DNA of 64,000 nt from a virus, in IMG/VR virus record IMGVR_UViG_3300037258_000282, positions 64,001 to 128,000 of that record; one strand, written 5' to 3'. Shown in pieces: positions 1 to 9,057 of the stretch (position 1 is its first letter; each line of letters begins with the position of its first letter). The notes beneath the pieces were generated by a model. The model made no database searches. It was not told where the DNA came from and worked only from the letters and a program-made list of their open reading frames with translations. A program made the position numbers and the translations under genes.

Positions 1-1377
1 ACTAAACTGCTTAAAGCCTACGGCCGGAACCTGACCATTTGATATTAAGCTCTCCCATTTAGCGGTCACTAAGCCACCGGCCGTCTGACCATAAACGTGG
101 TCTAGAAAGTCCCTGACGCCATTAAACTTACCTGGGTCCTTACCGATCCTGACGATATCATCGAGCATCGTCGGAAGATTGATGTTGGAGTTGAACTCAC
201 TCTTTATGAATGCTAATCCCGACTCCCTATATTTATCCTGCTCTGATGTATTATCGGCGATATCTACCAACTTTTCTGCAGTAGCGCGAAGATCACTCTT
301 ATCAGACCAAATAGCAAGGTGGTCTATAGAGTCGTATGTCACTCCAGAAGATGACATATTATGCGCTCCATAGTGGGAGTCAAATACTGGAATCGACCCA
401 CACGCTATCATTTCAATTTGAGTATTCTCCATGCGATCACCATAGTTCTCTGGCTGCTTTGGAAGCCTAAAGAAAGACGCGCAAAATAGAGATTCCGCTA
501 TATATCTCATTCCATTGGAATGAGTATACGGGCCAAATACCGGAACTTTGGGTGGATTAAAGTCGTAGTCTCCATCAAACTTTAAGGAATAGACCGTATT
601 ATGGTGTCCCCAGTCTTCTGGAGGAGGGCCGCCTTTATAGGACGCTATGGGGCCGCCGACGATGTCAGCCTTGGCTCCAATAGACTTCTCTATGCCATGA
701 ATCAAGCACTGGAACTTAGGGTCTATCTCGAATAAGTGATCTGCTAGGTCTAGCACTCTTCTAGGATCTTTCATCGTCGACCATCGCCCGACGTACGTCA
801 GCCTCTTAGCCTTATCAGCGAGCTTAACTGAGTCAAAATACTTTTCCTTGAGACCATCTACGTCGGTCCATATCTTAAACCTGCGGACGCGATCTCCCAC
901 TACCTTTGACGGAAGTATCTTTGTGATATTTTGAGCGAACCAGACTTTCTCAGAGAAGACATATATCAAGTCTGACTCATTGAGGATGGGAAGCCACAGT
1001 GGAAAACAGTCGATGTTTGGCTGAATTATCTCGTTCATCACCGAGACGACTATAGCTTGGGACGCCGATAGTGATCGAACAAGATCGTAGTAGAACGAGA
1101 TTGAGGTAGACGCAAGATGCTTAAATGATGGTATCGACTGTAGGATGACGACATCATACTCTGTCAGTCTCTTCGCTACGGTCTTCATTTCTGATGGCTT
1201 GAATCTCACTACCGTACCGGAAAATGGATGTCCTGATGCCCTGGCGAACGAGCGCTCGACCAATTCAAACACGTCGAACTGCATTCCGACTCTGATAGCC
1301 CAATTTTGAAACTCAACGCCGGACCGCTGAACTCCACATCCATCAAACCCCTTTCCAAATACCATAGCAATCTTCAT
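1..1377 (-). CDS. agt: DNA alpha-glucosyltransferase-like (T4 Agt family, GT-B); 3' end runs off window
   Basis: Absent from ORF track (no stop in window). Manual translation from ATG 1377: MKIAMVFGKGFDGCGVQR (T4 Agt MRICIFMARGLEGCGV), YVGRWSTMKDP (WIGRTTTWKG), HGIEKS (EGLERS), RMENTQIEMIACGSIPVF (LEYTHLELGACGTIPVF). At least 459 codons. Confidence 0.85.
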   Translation of the reverse strand, partial: MKIAMVFGKGFDGCGVQRSGVEFQNWAIRVGMQFDVFELVERSFARASGHPFSGTVVRFKPSEMKTVAKRLTEYDVVILQSIPSFKHLASTSISFYYDLVRSLSASQAIVVSVMNEIIQPNIDCFPLWLPILNESDLIYVFSEKVWFAQNITKILPSKVVGDRVRRFKIWTDVDGLKEKYFDSVKLADKAKRLTYVGRWSTMKDPRRVLDLADHLFEIDPKFQCLIHGIEKSIGAKADIVGGPIASYKGGPPPEDWGHHNTVYSLKFDGDYDFNPPKVPVFGPYTHSNGMRYIAESLFCASFFRLPKQPENYGDRMENTQIEMIACGSIPVFDSHYGAHNMSSSGVTYDSIDHLAIWSDKSDLRATAEKLVDIADNTSEQDKYRESGLAFIKSEFNSNINLPTMLDDIVRIGKDPGKFNGVRDFLDHVYGQTAGGLVTAKWESLISNGQVPAVGFKQFS

Positions 1378-1446
1378 CGCTCGCTCTCCATCCATTCCTG
1401 ATAAAGTTCACACGTCATATGAAGCGAAGTCATCATCTATATAACA

Positions 1447-1902
1447 TTAGTCGATGTTATCCTTCGCTCGACACACTCGATCTCTCAACTCCGACGATGA
1501 AAATGGATGCTTTCTCGAGTTAAACTCAATCGGACATAGATCGGCGCCTGTCGTCACGGACCCGAGATACTCCTCTCCAACGATCCTAACGTCCGGCTGT
1601 ATCATGAGTATCATATTCTCGAGATCTCTCTCATCACTGAAAGGAATGATCTCATCTACGTACTTACACCCGGCTACCTGAACGTACCTCTCCATCATAG
1701 ATTGAACCGGCGCATTCTTGGTCTCCGGCCTATCTATGGTCGGATCTACCAAGAGCCCTACTACAAGATAATCGCACTTCTCCTTGGCCTGCTGAAGCAT
1801 CATGACGTGCCCGGCGTGAAACAGATCGAATATCGACGACGTCAGACCTACGATAGGCTTTCTACCAAGAGCGGCCTCAAGTTTTTTCTTATCAAGAAAT
1901 AT
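1447..1902 (-). CDS. Glycerol-3-phosphate cytidylyltransferase-like (TagD/HIGH) nucleotidyltransferase; probable ATA start
   Basis: Track ORF (1803) omits the FDLFHAGH motif; frame stays open to ATA 1902 with AGGAG 6 nt upstream and an in-frame TAG immediately before. Also CDYLVVGL, KYVDEI, RKHPFSSSELR. Confidence 0.85.
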   Translation of the reverse strand: MFLDKKKLEAALGRKPIVGLTSSIFDLFHAGHVMMLQQAKEKCDYLVVGLLVDPTIDRPETKNAPVQSMMERYVQVAGCKYVDEIIPFSDERDLENMILMIQPDVRIVGEEYLGSVTTGADLCPIEFNSRKHPFSSSELRDRVCRAKDNID

Positions 1903-3097
1903 CTAACTCTCCTGTGAGTGAGAATTTATTCGTACATATCTTATGCGCGTAGACCAACCGGCGAATGGCGCAATATACTAGAGTAAGCTCCTCGACATTC
2001 TGACTGGAAGCATCAGAAGCGATAGCTCTCAACTTATACTTTATCATCCTGACTAGGTGTAGTACGGTAAGCATAACCAATAGTGGTGACGTTAAGCCAT
2101 CATTAGCCAATATATTCAGGCAGATATACTTATTATGGACAGGCCTGTAGTCGCTTCCAAGTCTCCACTCCTCATATCCTATGCATGACTGCAGTATCTT
2201 ACTAAAGTCAAGTAGATAAGAAGAGTATAGTCCGGGAGGAGAATTAGGATCTATATAGCACAACTCATCACTTTGTGTGACTATAACATTTCCAAACGTA
2301 AGGTCTCCGTGACACATCGACCTATTATCGTTCATCACTTCATGAGTTTTGAGATCATTGATCCAGTCCCAGATGTATTCCCTCTCTGGAACATCACTGA
2401 ACGCGAAGTGATCGCCGATCCTGGAGACCATCGTTTCCCAGAGAGGAATATCGCTCAAGTAGTTCGATGAGCAGTTCCTAACCGAAGAGATAAGCTCCAA
2501 CATGAGTCTCTCTATCCTAGAGTGATACTCAGTTGTTACGATCTCCTCGTTGAGAGACCTTCCCTCGACGTACTCCATATCTAAGGTATCGCCAAAGAAA
2601 GCATTTACTCTCGGCGACTTATAGAAGAAATTATTTTCTTTACGAAGCCTCGCGGCGGTCTTATACCAATCATACTGATGCCTAAGGTCTGGTCCAAACT
2701 TCAGGACTCTGTCACCAAACCTAGTTATCTTTGCGCCGGAACCACCTGAGAAATTTTCAGTCTTCATAGACACTAATTCGTCGGGTCGAATAGCCTTATC
2801 ATCAACGTAGTAGACTGCCAGTGGCTTTCCAAACTTAAGAGTGGTGTACTTAACGTCGTGTACTGACAACCACGCCTCAAGTATCGGCCTATTGTACTTC
2901 TCGATAGCCTGAATGTCCCCGTCGAACGTATACATGCCCCTAGCCGTATATAGGACTATATTTACTCCGGCGTCGTATAATTCGTTTATCCTCTGAATGA
3001 CGTCAGTCTTGGGTATCGCGTTAGCGTAGTCGCGGTGGTCTACAGTCGTCGATATAGTGTCATCGACATCGACTACTACAGTTACTGGAGCCATCAT
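1892..3097 (-). CDS. HAD phosphatase (capsule-biosynthesis phosphatase-like) fused to APH/choline kinase-like domain
   Basis: N-term VVDVDDT, YTARG, GKP..YYVDDKA (HAD); C-term GGSGA, CHGDLTFGNV, YIDPN (kinase fold). Confidence 0.8.
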   Translation of the reverse strand: MMAPVTVVVDVDDTISTTVDHRDYANAIPKTDVIQRINELYDAGVNIVLYTARGMYTFDGDIQAIEKYNRPILEAWLSVHDVKYTTLKFGKPLAVYYVDDKAIRPDELVSMKTENFSGGSGAKITRFGDRVLKFGPDLRHQYDWYKTAARLRKENNFFYKSPRVNAFFGDTLDMEYVEGRSLNEEIVTTEYHSRIERLMLELISSVRNCSSNYLSDIPLWETMVSRIGDHFAFSDVPEREYIWDWINDLKTHEVMNDNRSMCHGDLTFGNVIVTQSDELCYIDPNSPPGLYSSYLLDFSKILQSCIGYEEWRLGSDYRPVHNKYICLNILANDGLTSPLLVMLTVLHLVRMIKYKLRAIASDASSQNVEELTLVYCAIRRLVYAHKICTNKFSLTGELDIS

Positions 3098-3449
3098 CTA
3101 AAAATTCCCTGCACTTAGACAGTTGGTTTGCTATATACTTTTCATCGTTTATCTGTCTATTGAGACCAGATGGATGTGGAAGCTTGAAGTGTGATATATT
3201 TATGCGGGATAGACAATCGGATGCTAGATTTCCTAAGCATATTATATGACTGTGGCGCGCGACAAGCGAGAGAAGTCTCGTGAAGTCGACGTCGGACAAG
3301 CGAAACTTTCCAGAAACCAGCGAGCAGTTGGTAAAATTAAACTGCTCTACGCCGATAGACGCCATCCAGGCGTGCAGTCTGTATATAGTAGAGTTAACAG
3401 ACCTCGGATTACTTGTTCCTGGATTCTGCCCCACCACTAGTATAGTCAT
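3060..3449 (-). CDS. Small uracil-DNA glycosylase superfamily protein
   Basis: ILVVGQNPG, IICLGNLA and KLPHPSGLNR motifs; likely start ATG 3449. Confidence 0.7.
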   Translation of the reverse strand: MTILVVGQNPGTSNPRSVNSTIYRLHAWMASIGVEQFNFTNCSLVSGKFRLSDVDFTRLLSLVARHSHIICLGNLASDCLSRINISHFKLPHPSGLNRQINDEKYIANQLSKCREFLDDGSSNCSSRCR

Positions 3450-3909
3450 CGATGTGAAACACCATGCAAGATACACCGGACTCACTCAACATCTCGATGG
3501 CAAGCTCTGATGAATCTCTCCACTTGTCTGATATACTGCCTTGATAATTCATAACTACGCGCTTAATACCCACCTGTATGACCGCCTTAGCGCACTCGTG
3601 ACACACCGGAAGCCCATGGACGTAGAGATCGGCTCCGTCGAGAGACTGTCCCGTGAAACACGCGTTGTAGATGCAGTTCTGCTCGGCGTGTATGATATAT
3701 TGGTACTTAACCGCGCGATCATTAAGCCTCTGCTCAGTGTCCTTGAGACCTCTAGGAATACCATTATATCCAGACGATAGAAACTGCTTTCGATCTGGCC
3801 TGACTGCGACGCACCCTACCTTGGTCGACGGGTCCTTGGACATCTTAGACCAATTCTTGGCCTCTGAGAGAAAGTGATTATCCCACCTATTGATTATCAC
3901 TTGACCCAC
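3409..3909 (-). CDS. cd: dCMP deaminase
   Basis: SKDPSTKVGC, GYNGIPRG, HAEQN, PVCHECAK zinc motifs. Confidence 0.93.
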   Translation of the reverse strand: MGQVIINRWDNHFLSEAKNWSKMSKDPSTKVGCVAVRPDRKQFLSSGYNGIPRGLKDTEQRLNDRAVKYQYIIHAEQNCIYNACFTGQSLDGADLYVHGLPVCHECAKAVIQVGIKRVVMNYQGSISDKWRDSSELAIEMLSESGVSCMVFHIDDYTSGGAESRNK

Positions 3910-4643
3910 TCCGACGTAGGATACGCGATCCTATAATCGGTCTTAGGTATAGTGTAATATCCAGTCATATCGTAGTGATGCAGTAGGTAGAAGTCTCTCT
4001 CATAGACGTGAAGTGATCCTACCTGCCAGATCAAGTCACCAAGCGAGTAGTTATTTGACTTAAAATTATAATTTAGATCGGCCAGGAGCTTTCTCCGGAC
4101 GTGGTCCTGCCAGGCTCTGTCGTTTCTATACCCGAACGTGACGTCGTTAGACCTCATATTGACGATGGTGTGAAGCATATTTTCTCTGATGAGATACTGT
4201 ACAGTATTCGTGCAGATAAAGTCTGACATACCGTCCCAGTTGTAGTCCTCCCATATCTCAGGACGAGTATATATGGCGATGGCTCTTCTAGAATCTGGAC
4301 TGTTGATAAGCTCAGTCAGTACGTTGTCATACTGACAAAAATTTTCTCTAGAATAGAGAAGATACCCATAGTTCGAGTTGATCTTTCCATCGGAGCTCGC
4401 GACCTTCTTCCATATCTCAGGTACCTTACCAGGGATATCTGCGACGAATAGAGACTGATTCTCGTACCACTCGATCTCCCTCTCGATATACTCAGCATTT
4501 GGAGCGCCGAAGATCGTGATGTCGGAGGCCGAGAAGGAGTAGCCGATCAACTCAACTACTCTGCCGCCGGACTTATCGACTACGAACTTTTCGTCAACTA
4601 ACTTACGAGAGAGATCTTGACGAACGTTCCATATATTATTCAT
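3897..4643 (-). CDS. 42: dCMP hydroxymethylase (T4 gp42)
   Basis: Closely tracks T4 gp42: FVVDKSG, INSNYG, PDSRRA, DGMSDFICTNTVQYLIR (catalytic Cys), MRSNDVTFGYRND (Asp = cytosine specificity), GSLHVY. Confidence 0.93.
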   Translation of the reverse strand: MNNIWNVRQDLSRKLVDEKFVVDKSGGRVVELIGYSFSASDITIFGAPNAEYIEREIEWYENQSLFVADIPGKVPEIWKKVASSDGKINSNYGYLLYSRENFCQYDNVLTELINSPDSRRAIAIYTRPEIWEDYNWDGMSDFICTNTVQYLIRENMLHTIVNMRSNDVTFGYRNDRAWQDHVRRKLLADLNYNFKSNNYSLGDLIWQVGSLHVYERDFYLLHHYDMTGYYTIPKTDYRIAYPTSEWVK

Positions 4644-5410
4644 ACTGACTCCATCTCTAATATCATCAGCCTACCATTAGAGTCTTCTACAACTGACGTT
4701 AGAGACTCAACCCAATCTCCAGTATTGATATACTCAACTCCATCTATACATTTTATAATAGCATGGTGGATGTGTCCACATATTACACCATCTACGCACA
4801 TCTGTCTAGCGTAGTCAGTAACTAATTTTTCAAACTTTGATATGAAGTTAATAACCGACTTCACTGAGTCCTTACCATATTGAGCTAATGACCAGTATGG
4901 CATTCCGAACAGCCATCTGACGTCATTCATGTACTTATTCAGGACGAATAGAGCCTCATAGAGGAAGTCGCCGAGATGCATCATCCATTTAGCTCTAGTC
5001 ATAAAGACGTCGAACTTATCTCCGTGAAGTATGAGATATCTCTTTCCAAAAGAAGTCTCAAATAACACTTCGTCAACTACAGAGATCGAGCCTAATCCTA
5101 TGTTGAACTCAGTTCTAGAAAACTTACGTAAAAACTCATCGTGATTTCCCGCGACCACATACACCTTAGTACCGAGTGAGGCCTTCTCAAGTATAAGTTG
5201 AACTATTTTAGTCTCGTACTTACTCCACCTCCACTTGGACTTCAGTGCCCACCCATCTATCACGTCGCCGACTAAGAATAGAAAGTCCGACTTCGTCGAC
5301 TTTAAGAAACTCAGCAGAGCCTTACTGTTGGCGTACTTCATCCCCAGATGCGCGTCTGAGATGAATATAGACCTATAGTATGATGGTTTAGTCAGGTCTA
5401 AAATCCTCAT
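4640..5410 (-). CDS. Calcineurin-like metallophosphoesterase, UDP-2,3-diacylglucosamine hydrolase (LpxH)-like
   Basis: FISDAHLG, LVGDVIDGW, GNHDE, HGDKFD, CGHIHH, NTGDWVES. Confidence 0.85.
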   Translation of the reverse strand: MRILDLTKPSYYRSIFISDAHLGMKYANSKALLSFLKSTKSDFLFLVGDVIDGWALKSKWRWSKYETKIVQLILEKASLGTKVYVVAGNHDEFLRKFSRTEFNIGLGSISVVDEVLFETSFGKRYLILHGDKFDVFMTRAKWMMHLGDFLYEALFVLNKYMNDVRWLFGMPYWSLAQYGKDSVKSVINFISKFEKLVTDYARQMCVDGVICGHIHHAIIKCIDGVEYINTGDWVESLTSVVEDSNGRLMILEMESV

Positions 5411-6158
5411 ACTCGCGAGTCACTTCCCTACCACCCGTAACAGCCAGGTAGTTCTTGACGTACGCTAGGGTGGTGTTAAATATACCCTGCTCGCGAAGTC
5501 TACGAGACGATGAGTATATCCACATCGCCGGAATAAGTCTAACACTACCGAAATTAGACAACCTTCTAGCGAGGTCCGTGTCCTCACCGTAGAATGGAAT
5601 GTTAGTAGAATGACCACCGGCCGCCGTCAGATATTTGCGCTTGAGGATGAAGTTGCCACCCTGAAGCGTCGGACCTATAATCATATTGGCAACTATATTC
5701 ATAATGTAGAACCCGGCGGCGCCGGCCTTGACCGGAAGGCTCATATCACTAAAATACAGCGGACCAGACACGACCGCGATATTTGGGTTCTCCACGAGTT
5801 GTACGATATTGTCAAGCCAGTTAGGTGGAACTATATTATCAGCGTCGATATAGGCGTGATACTGATACCTAGCAAAATCAGCTCCACGCTGACGGGCTCT
5901 AGTGACTCCCTTTTGAGACTCGAAAACTACACTTATCGGACACATCGACCTACTATCTTCAGTCGCCACCAGAGCGGCCTCGACATACGTCCGATCTGTA
6001 GAATTATTATCTACGACGATGATCTCAAAGTCACTTATAAGCCCGTCGAGCATCTCGTCCCTTGAGAATCTCTCGCACTCATCGAGAATCGACCTGACAC
6101 ACTTAGCTATACTCTTCTCCTCGTTATACGCGGGAATTATAAAGCTGATGCCACCCAA
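5388..6158 (-). CDS. Family 2 glycosyltransferase
   Basis: IIPAYNEE, VVDNNSTD, IDAD (DxD), GEDTDL, SSRR; TTG start with AGGAG RBS. Confidence 0.9.
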   Translation of the reverse strand: MGGISFIIPAYNEEKSIAKCVRSILDECERFSRDEMLDGLISDFEIIVVDNNSTDRTYVEAALVATEDSRSMCPISVVFESQKGVTRARQRGADFARYQYHAYIDADNIVPPNWLDNIVQLVENPNIAVVSGPLYFSDMSLPVKAGAAGFYIMNIVANMIIGPTLQGGNFILKRKYLTAAGGHSTNIPFYGEDTDLARRLSNFGSVRLIPAMWIYSSSRRLREQGIFNTTLAYVKNYLAVTGGREVTREYEDFRPD

Positions 6159-6188
6159 GTTTAAACTCCTAATGTTTCAATAATAAAC

Positions 6189-6860
6189 CTAGTGCCATTC
6201 CAGGTTGAGATCGTCTAAGAATTCACTCTCGACGCTCAAGTCTATGGACTCGGGCGCGGGATGCGCGGGTTTGAGCGTCGAAGTAGTCGTCGAAGTATGC
6301 GGCTTGGTGAGGAGGTCATTAAATATGTCCCTAGACTCATCTTGCCCATCCATCTTCCCCCTAAGCCATGACACAGCAAATGAGGCATAGTTTATCAAGT
6401 CTTTGTATGTGTCCTCAAGTGACTCATTATTGGGTGTATTTCCAGACTCGATCAGCGACTGAGCCCTGAACATCTTTCCCATCATGATATCATGGATGGT
6501 GTCGATTCCACGGCGGTAGTGATCCGCCTGTCTCACTCGCGAGTTAGGGTTCTGATAGTCATGAGACTTTTTTCTCATGATGTCAATGCACTCATGAAGC
6601 ACGTTCATCGCTTCTGTGTTTGAAGCGTCAGATTTCTCGATCTGTGTGATGATCTCACAGTCCCTACATATGTTTTCTTCATACTGACCTTGAAGATAGA
6701 TCGCCTGATAAATCTCCACGTCAGTCTTACCACCGAGCCATTTCTTTACTTCGGGCTCGATCCAGTCAGCGATCTGACTGGCAGACATATGGAGCATAGA
6801 GTCTAAGTTATAAAAACTGACAGCATGTTGAATAGCCTCATTCAAAGTAGTACTCATCAT
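6189..6860 (-). CDS. Nucleotide-modification-associated domain 1 (DUF1599-like) protein with N-terminal extension
   Basis: RKKSHDYQ...K..RA...NESLEDTYKDLINYASF pattern; cluster context. Confidence 0.65.
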   Translation of the reverse strand: MMSTTLNEAIQHAVSFYNLDSMLHMSASQIADWIEPEVKKWLGGKTDVEIYQAIYLQGQYEENICRDCEIITQIEKSDASNTEAMNVLHECIDIMRKKSHDYQNPNSRVRQADHYRRGIDTIHDIMMGKMFRAQSLIESGNTPNNESLEDTYKDLINYASFAVSWLRGKMDGQDESRDIFNDLLTKPHTSTTTSTLKPAHPAPESIDLSVESEFLDDLNLEWH

Positions 6861-6881
6861 ATCTCTCCAACTCGTATATAC

Positions 6882-7313
6882 TTACGAAAATATGCCCTCG
6901 AGCATTCCATGATTGGACATGTGACTCGGGCCGCACCATCCAAATGGCTTGATGAGATCTGGCAGATTGAGGGGATTTGGTCGAGAGGGCTTTACCCCTG
7001 GAGCCTTTCTCATGTTCGCGTTGTGAACGGCGATCCAGGCCTTCGCGGTATCGACTCCAAACGTATCGAGCGTTCCAAGAGCGACTACGATAATATCTAC
7101 AAGCGCGTCGACAACGTCCTCTGCTGTCGTCGAGGAGTCCAGTTCGGCCATCTCCTCACGAAGGAAGTTCTTTCTGAACTCGAGAAGTTTCTTAAGCTGA
7201 TCTTTATCAAACTCAGCTACTCTCTTGGTGAACTCATAGAAGTCGTGCATCCCACGTATATCACCGATCATGTCGGGGTGAGAGTACGCCATATTATTCC
7301 TATGCAATTCCAT
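6882..7313 (-). CDS. MazG-like NTP pyrophosphohydrolase (candidate dCTPase)
   Basis: FLREEMAEL, VVDALVDIIVVALGT, VHNANMRK, DLIKP.GW; all-alpha NTP-PPase pattern. Confidence 0.8.
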   Translation of the reverse strand: MELHRNNMAYSHPDMIGDIRGMHDFYEFTKRVAEFDKDQLKKLLEFRKNFLREEMAELDSSTTAEDVVDALVDIIVVALGTLDTFGVDTAKAWIAVHNANMRKAPGVKPSRPNPLNLPDLIKPFGWCGPSHMSNHGMLEGIFS

Positions 7314-7989
7314 CTAAACTCGCTCCATTTTCTGAATTCCAATCATCTATCATAGCTTCAATATCTATCCACTTCACCAGCGTGCTATCACTCGAAGTCA
7401 TATTCTTATCCCAAATATACCAGCAGTACTCGAGCATTCCACCAGTGTGATCCCGCGCGTTCGAAGAGGCGGCCATCTCCAGCGAGCAATTTATTCTTTT
7501 GGGAAACACTAGTACAGCAGTCGGAGGATTTACACTGAAGATCGACTTATATCTGCTTTGACTATTCATGAACTGCATTCTACAGAACATCGCGACGAAC
7601 GGAACTTTACTCCTCAACGCTCTCACTAAGAACCGCTCGGCCATCCTATTCTTATAGGGTGGATTGGTGATTATGGCACTTGACCAGTTTGAAAAACTAG
7701 TAAATCTAGTATCTGAAGAGTCGAGAAAGTCTACGCCATCAAGAACTTCTACCAGAGAATTCTCATACTTAAACTTATCAGTAGATAACACGTCGTGACC
7801 TAAGCGCTTAAGCTCAGCGGAGATATGTCCCATTCCCGCGGCGGGTTCCCATATGAATTCTGGAATATAATCCCAGTTCTTAACTAGGGAGTACGTCGCG
7901 AGGGGAGGCGTGGGATAGAAATCATTATCCTGCCTCTCTACTCCCCTCTTGTTTCCAAATCCGACTGTTGTAGCGAAATATGAAGTCAA
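7300..7989 (-). CDS. DNA amino-methyltransferase (probably N6-adenine)
   Basis: DNDFYPTP, WEPAAGMG (SAM binding), ITNPPY (catalytic), YCWYIW. Confidence 0.8.
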   Translation of the reverse strand: MTSYFATTVGFGNKRGVERQDNDFYPTPPLATYSLVKNWDYIPEFIWEPAAGMGHISAELKRLGHDVLSTDKFKYENSLVEVLDGVDFLDSSDTRFTSFSNWSSAIITNPPYKNRMAERFLVRALRSKVPFVAMFCRMQFMNSQSRYKSIFSVNPPTAVLVFPKRINCSLEMAASSNARDHTGGMLEYCWYIWDKNMTSSDSTLVKWIDIEAMIDDWNSENGASLDGIA

Positions 7990-8492
7990 TTTTGAATTAT
8001 CCAGTCTGGAACTTCTCTGTTCTTATATTTCAATAGATGTCTCTTATGGGTGTTATAGTACTTTCTATAAGACCCTACTACGTCTTCGTCGATGACGCAG
8101 TCGTCAGCGACGCATGGCACTATCACCGAGAAGTCGACTTCTCCGACGAATTTTTTAACGTTCAGCGGAGGTGACTGCAATTGATAGAGCATAGACGAGC
8201 ACTTGTGCTCTCTCCCATATCTGAACTTATACTCCACGAGAAGCCCATGAAAATGATCCGCTAGCCACCAGTAGTTATCGACTGACTCTCGACACCACTT
8301 AGCGCACGGATGATTGACGTGCGTCTTCTTATAGAAGACCAACTCGCGTTCGTCGGGCAGAGGATCGCCGTCTGCTACTCTATGCGCCGTGGAGAGAAGC
8401 TGAGCCGTTTCTAGAACCATCTTAACGACGTGCTTATCACACATCATCCTGGCTGCCTCCCAGGGCTCCTCGTGAAGAAAAAATATGTTCAT
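7986..8492 (-). CDS. Pyrimidine-dimer DNA glycosylase-like (DenV family) protein
   Basis: MNIFFL, CDKHVVKMVLETAQLLSTAH, THVNHPCAKW, RYGREH, YRKYY. Confidence 0.75.
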   Translation of the reverse strand: MNIFFLHEEPWEAARMMCDKHVVKMVLETAQLLSTAHRVADGDPLPDERELVFYKKTHVNHPCAKWCRESVDNYWWLADHFHGLLVEYKFRYGREHKCSSMLYQLQSPPLNVKKFVGEVDFSVIVPCVADDCVIDEDVVGSYRKYYNTHKRHLLKYKNREVPDWIIQN

Positions 8493-8498
8493 GTGATG

Positions 8499-8527
8499 AT
8501 ACTACCACCATTTTATCAGATTGTAAA
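8499..8527 (-). promoter_or_regulatory. sigma70-type promoter, probably leaderless transcript
   Basis: TTTACA-17 nt-TAGTAT with extended TG; -10 ends 6 nt before ATG 8492, no SD. Confidence 0.55.
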
Positions 8528-9049
8528 TCACTTTCTTATGTACTTCATCAGGCCGATGCCAGAATAATCAACTTCGTGAGCGTTCTTTATCGCCCTATCC
8601 AGAGTTATCCTATTAACTAGACCCTCGAAGAACACCTTTCCATCGAGGTGCATCAGCTCGTGCTGTATGACTCTAGCCGTAATACCGGTATACTGGGCCG
8701 TGTCGACATGCGAGTTTGGTAAGGCAAACCTGAGTCTAATGTGAAGAGGTCGGCGGATTGGAACTACTAAGTGTGGATAGGTCACACACGCTTCGTTAAA
8801 CTTAAGATCTTCTGCTGAGAAAGTAAGCAGTCGCGGATTGAAGAACACGAAGTTCTCAGGAGAGCCCCTCATGGCGAATATTCTATAGGGTACGCCGACC
8901 TGATTCGACGCGAGGCCGACCGCTCCCGTTTCATACATAAAATGCACGAGCTCAGACGCGAACTCAATGGGATCGAACGGTGGGTTCGCGAAGTCAAACT
9001 CTTTAGTTGGAGTTGACAGTACTGGATCATCGTACCTCACTAGTTCCAT
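8528..9049 (-). CDS. def: Peptide deformylase
   Basis: VGLASNQVG, FFNP, EACVTYP (EGCLS variant), QHELMHLDG. Confidence 0.88.
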   Translation of the reverse strand: MELVRYDDPVLSTPTKEFDFANPPFDPIEFASELVHFMYETGAVGLASNQVGVPYRIFAMRGSPENFVFFNPRLLTFSAEDLKFNEACVTYPHLVVPIRRPLHIRLRFALPNSHVDTAQYTGITARVIQHELMHLDGKVFFEGLVNRITLDRAIKNAHEVDYSGIGLMKYIRK

Positions 9050-9057
9050 GACTCATC

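Noticed and set aside
3897-4643. Ordinary thymidylate synthase
   Set aside because: Sequence follows T4 gp42, including the cytosine-specifying Asp, not ThyA.
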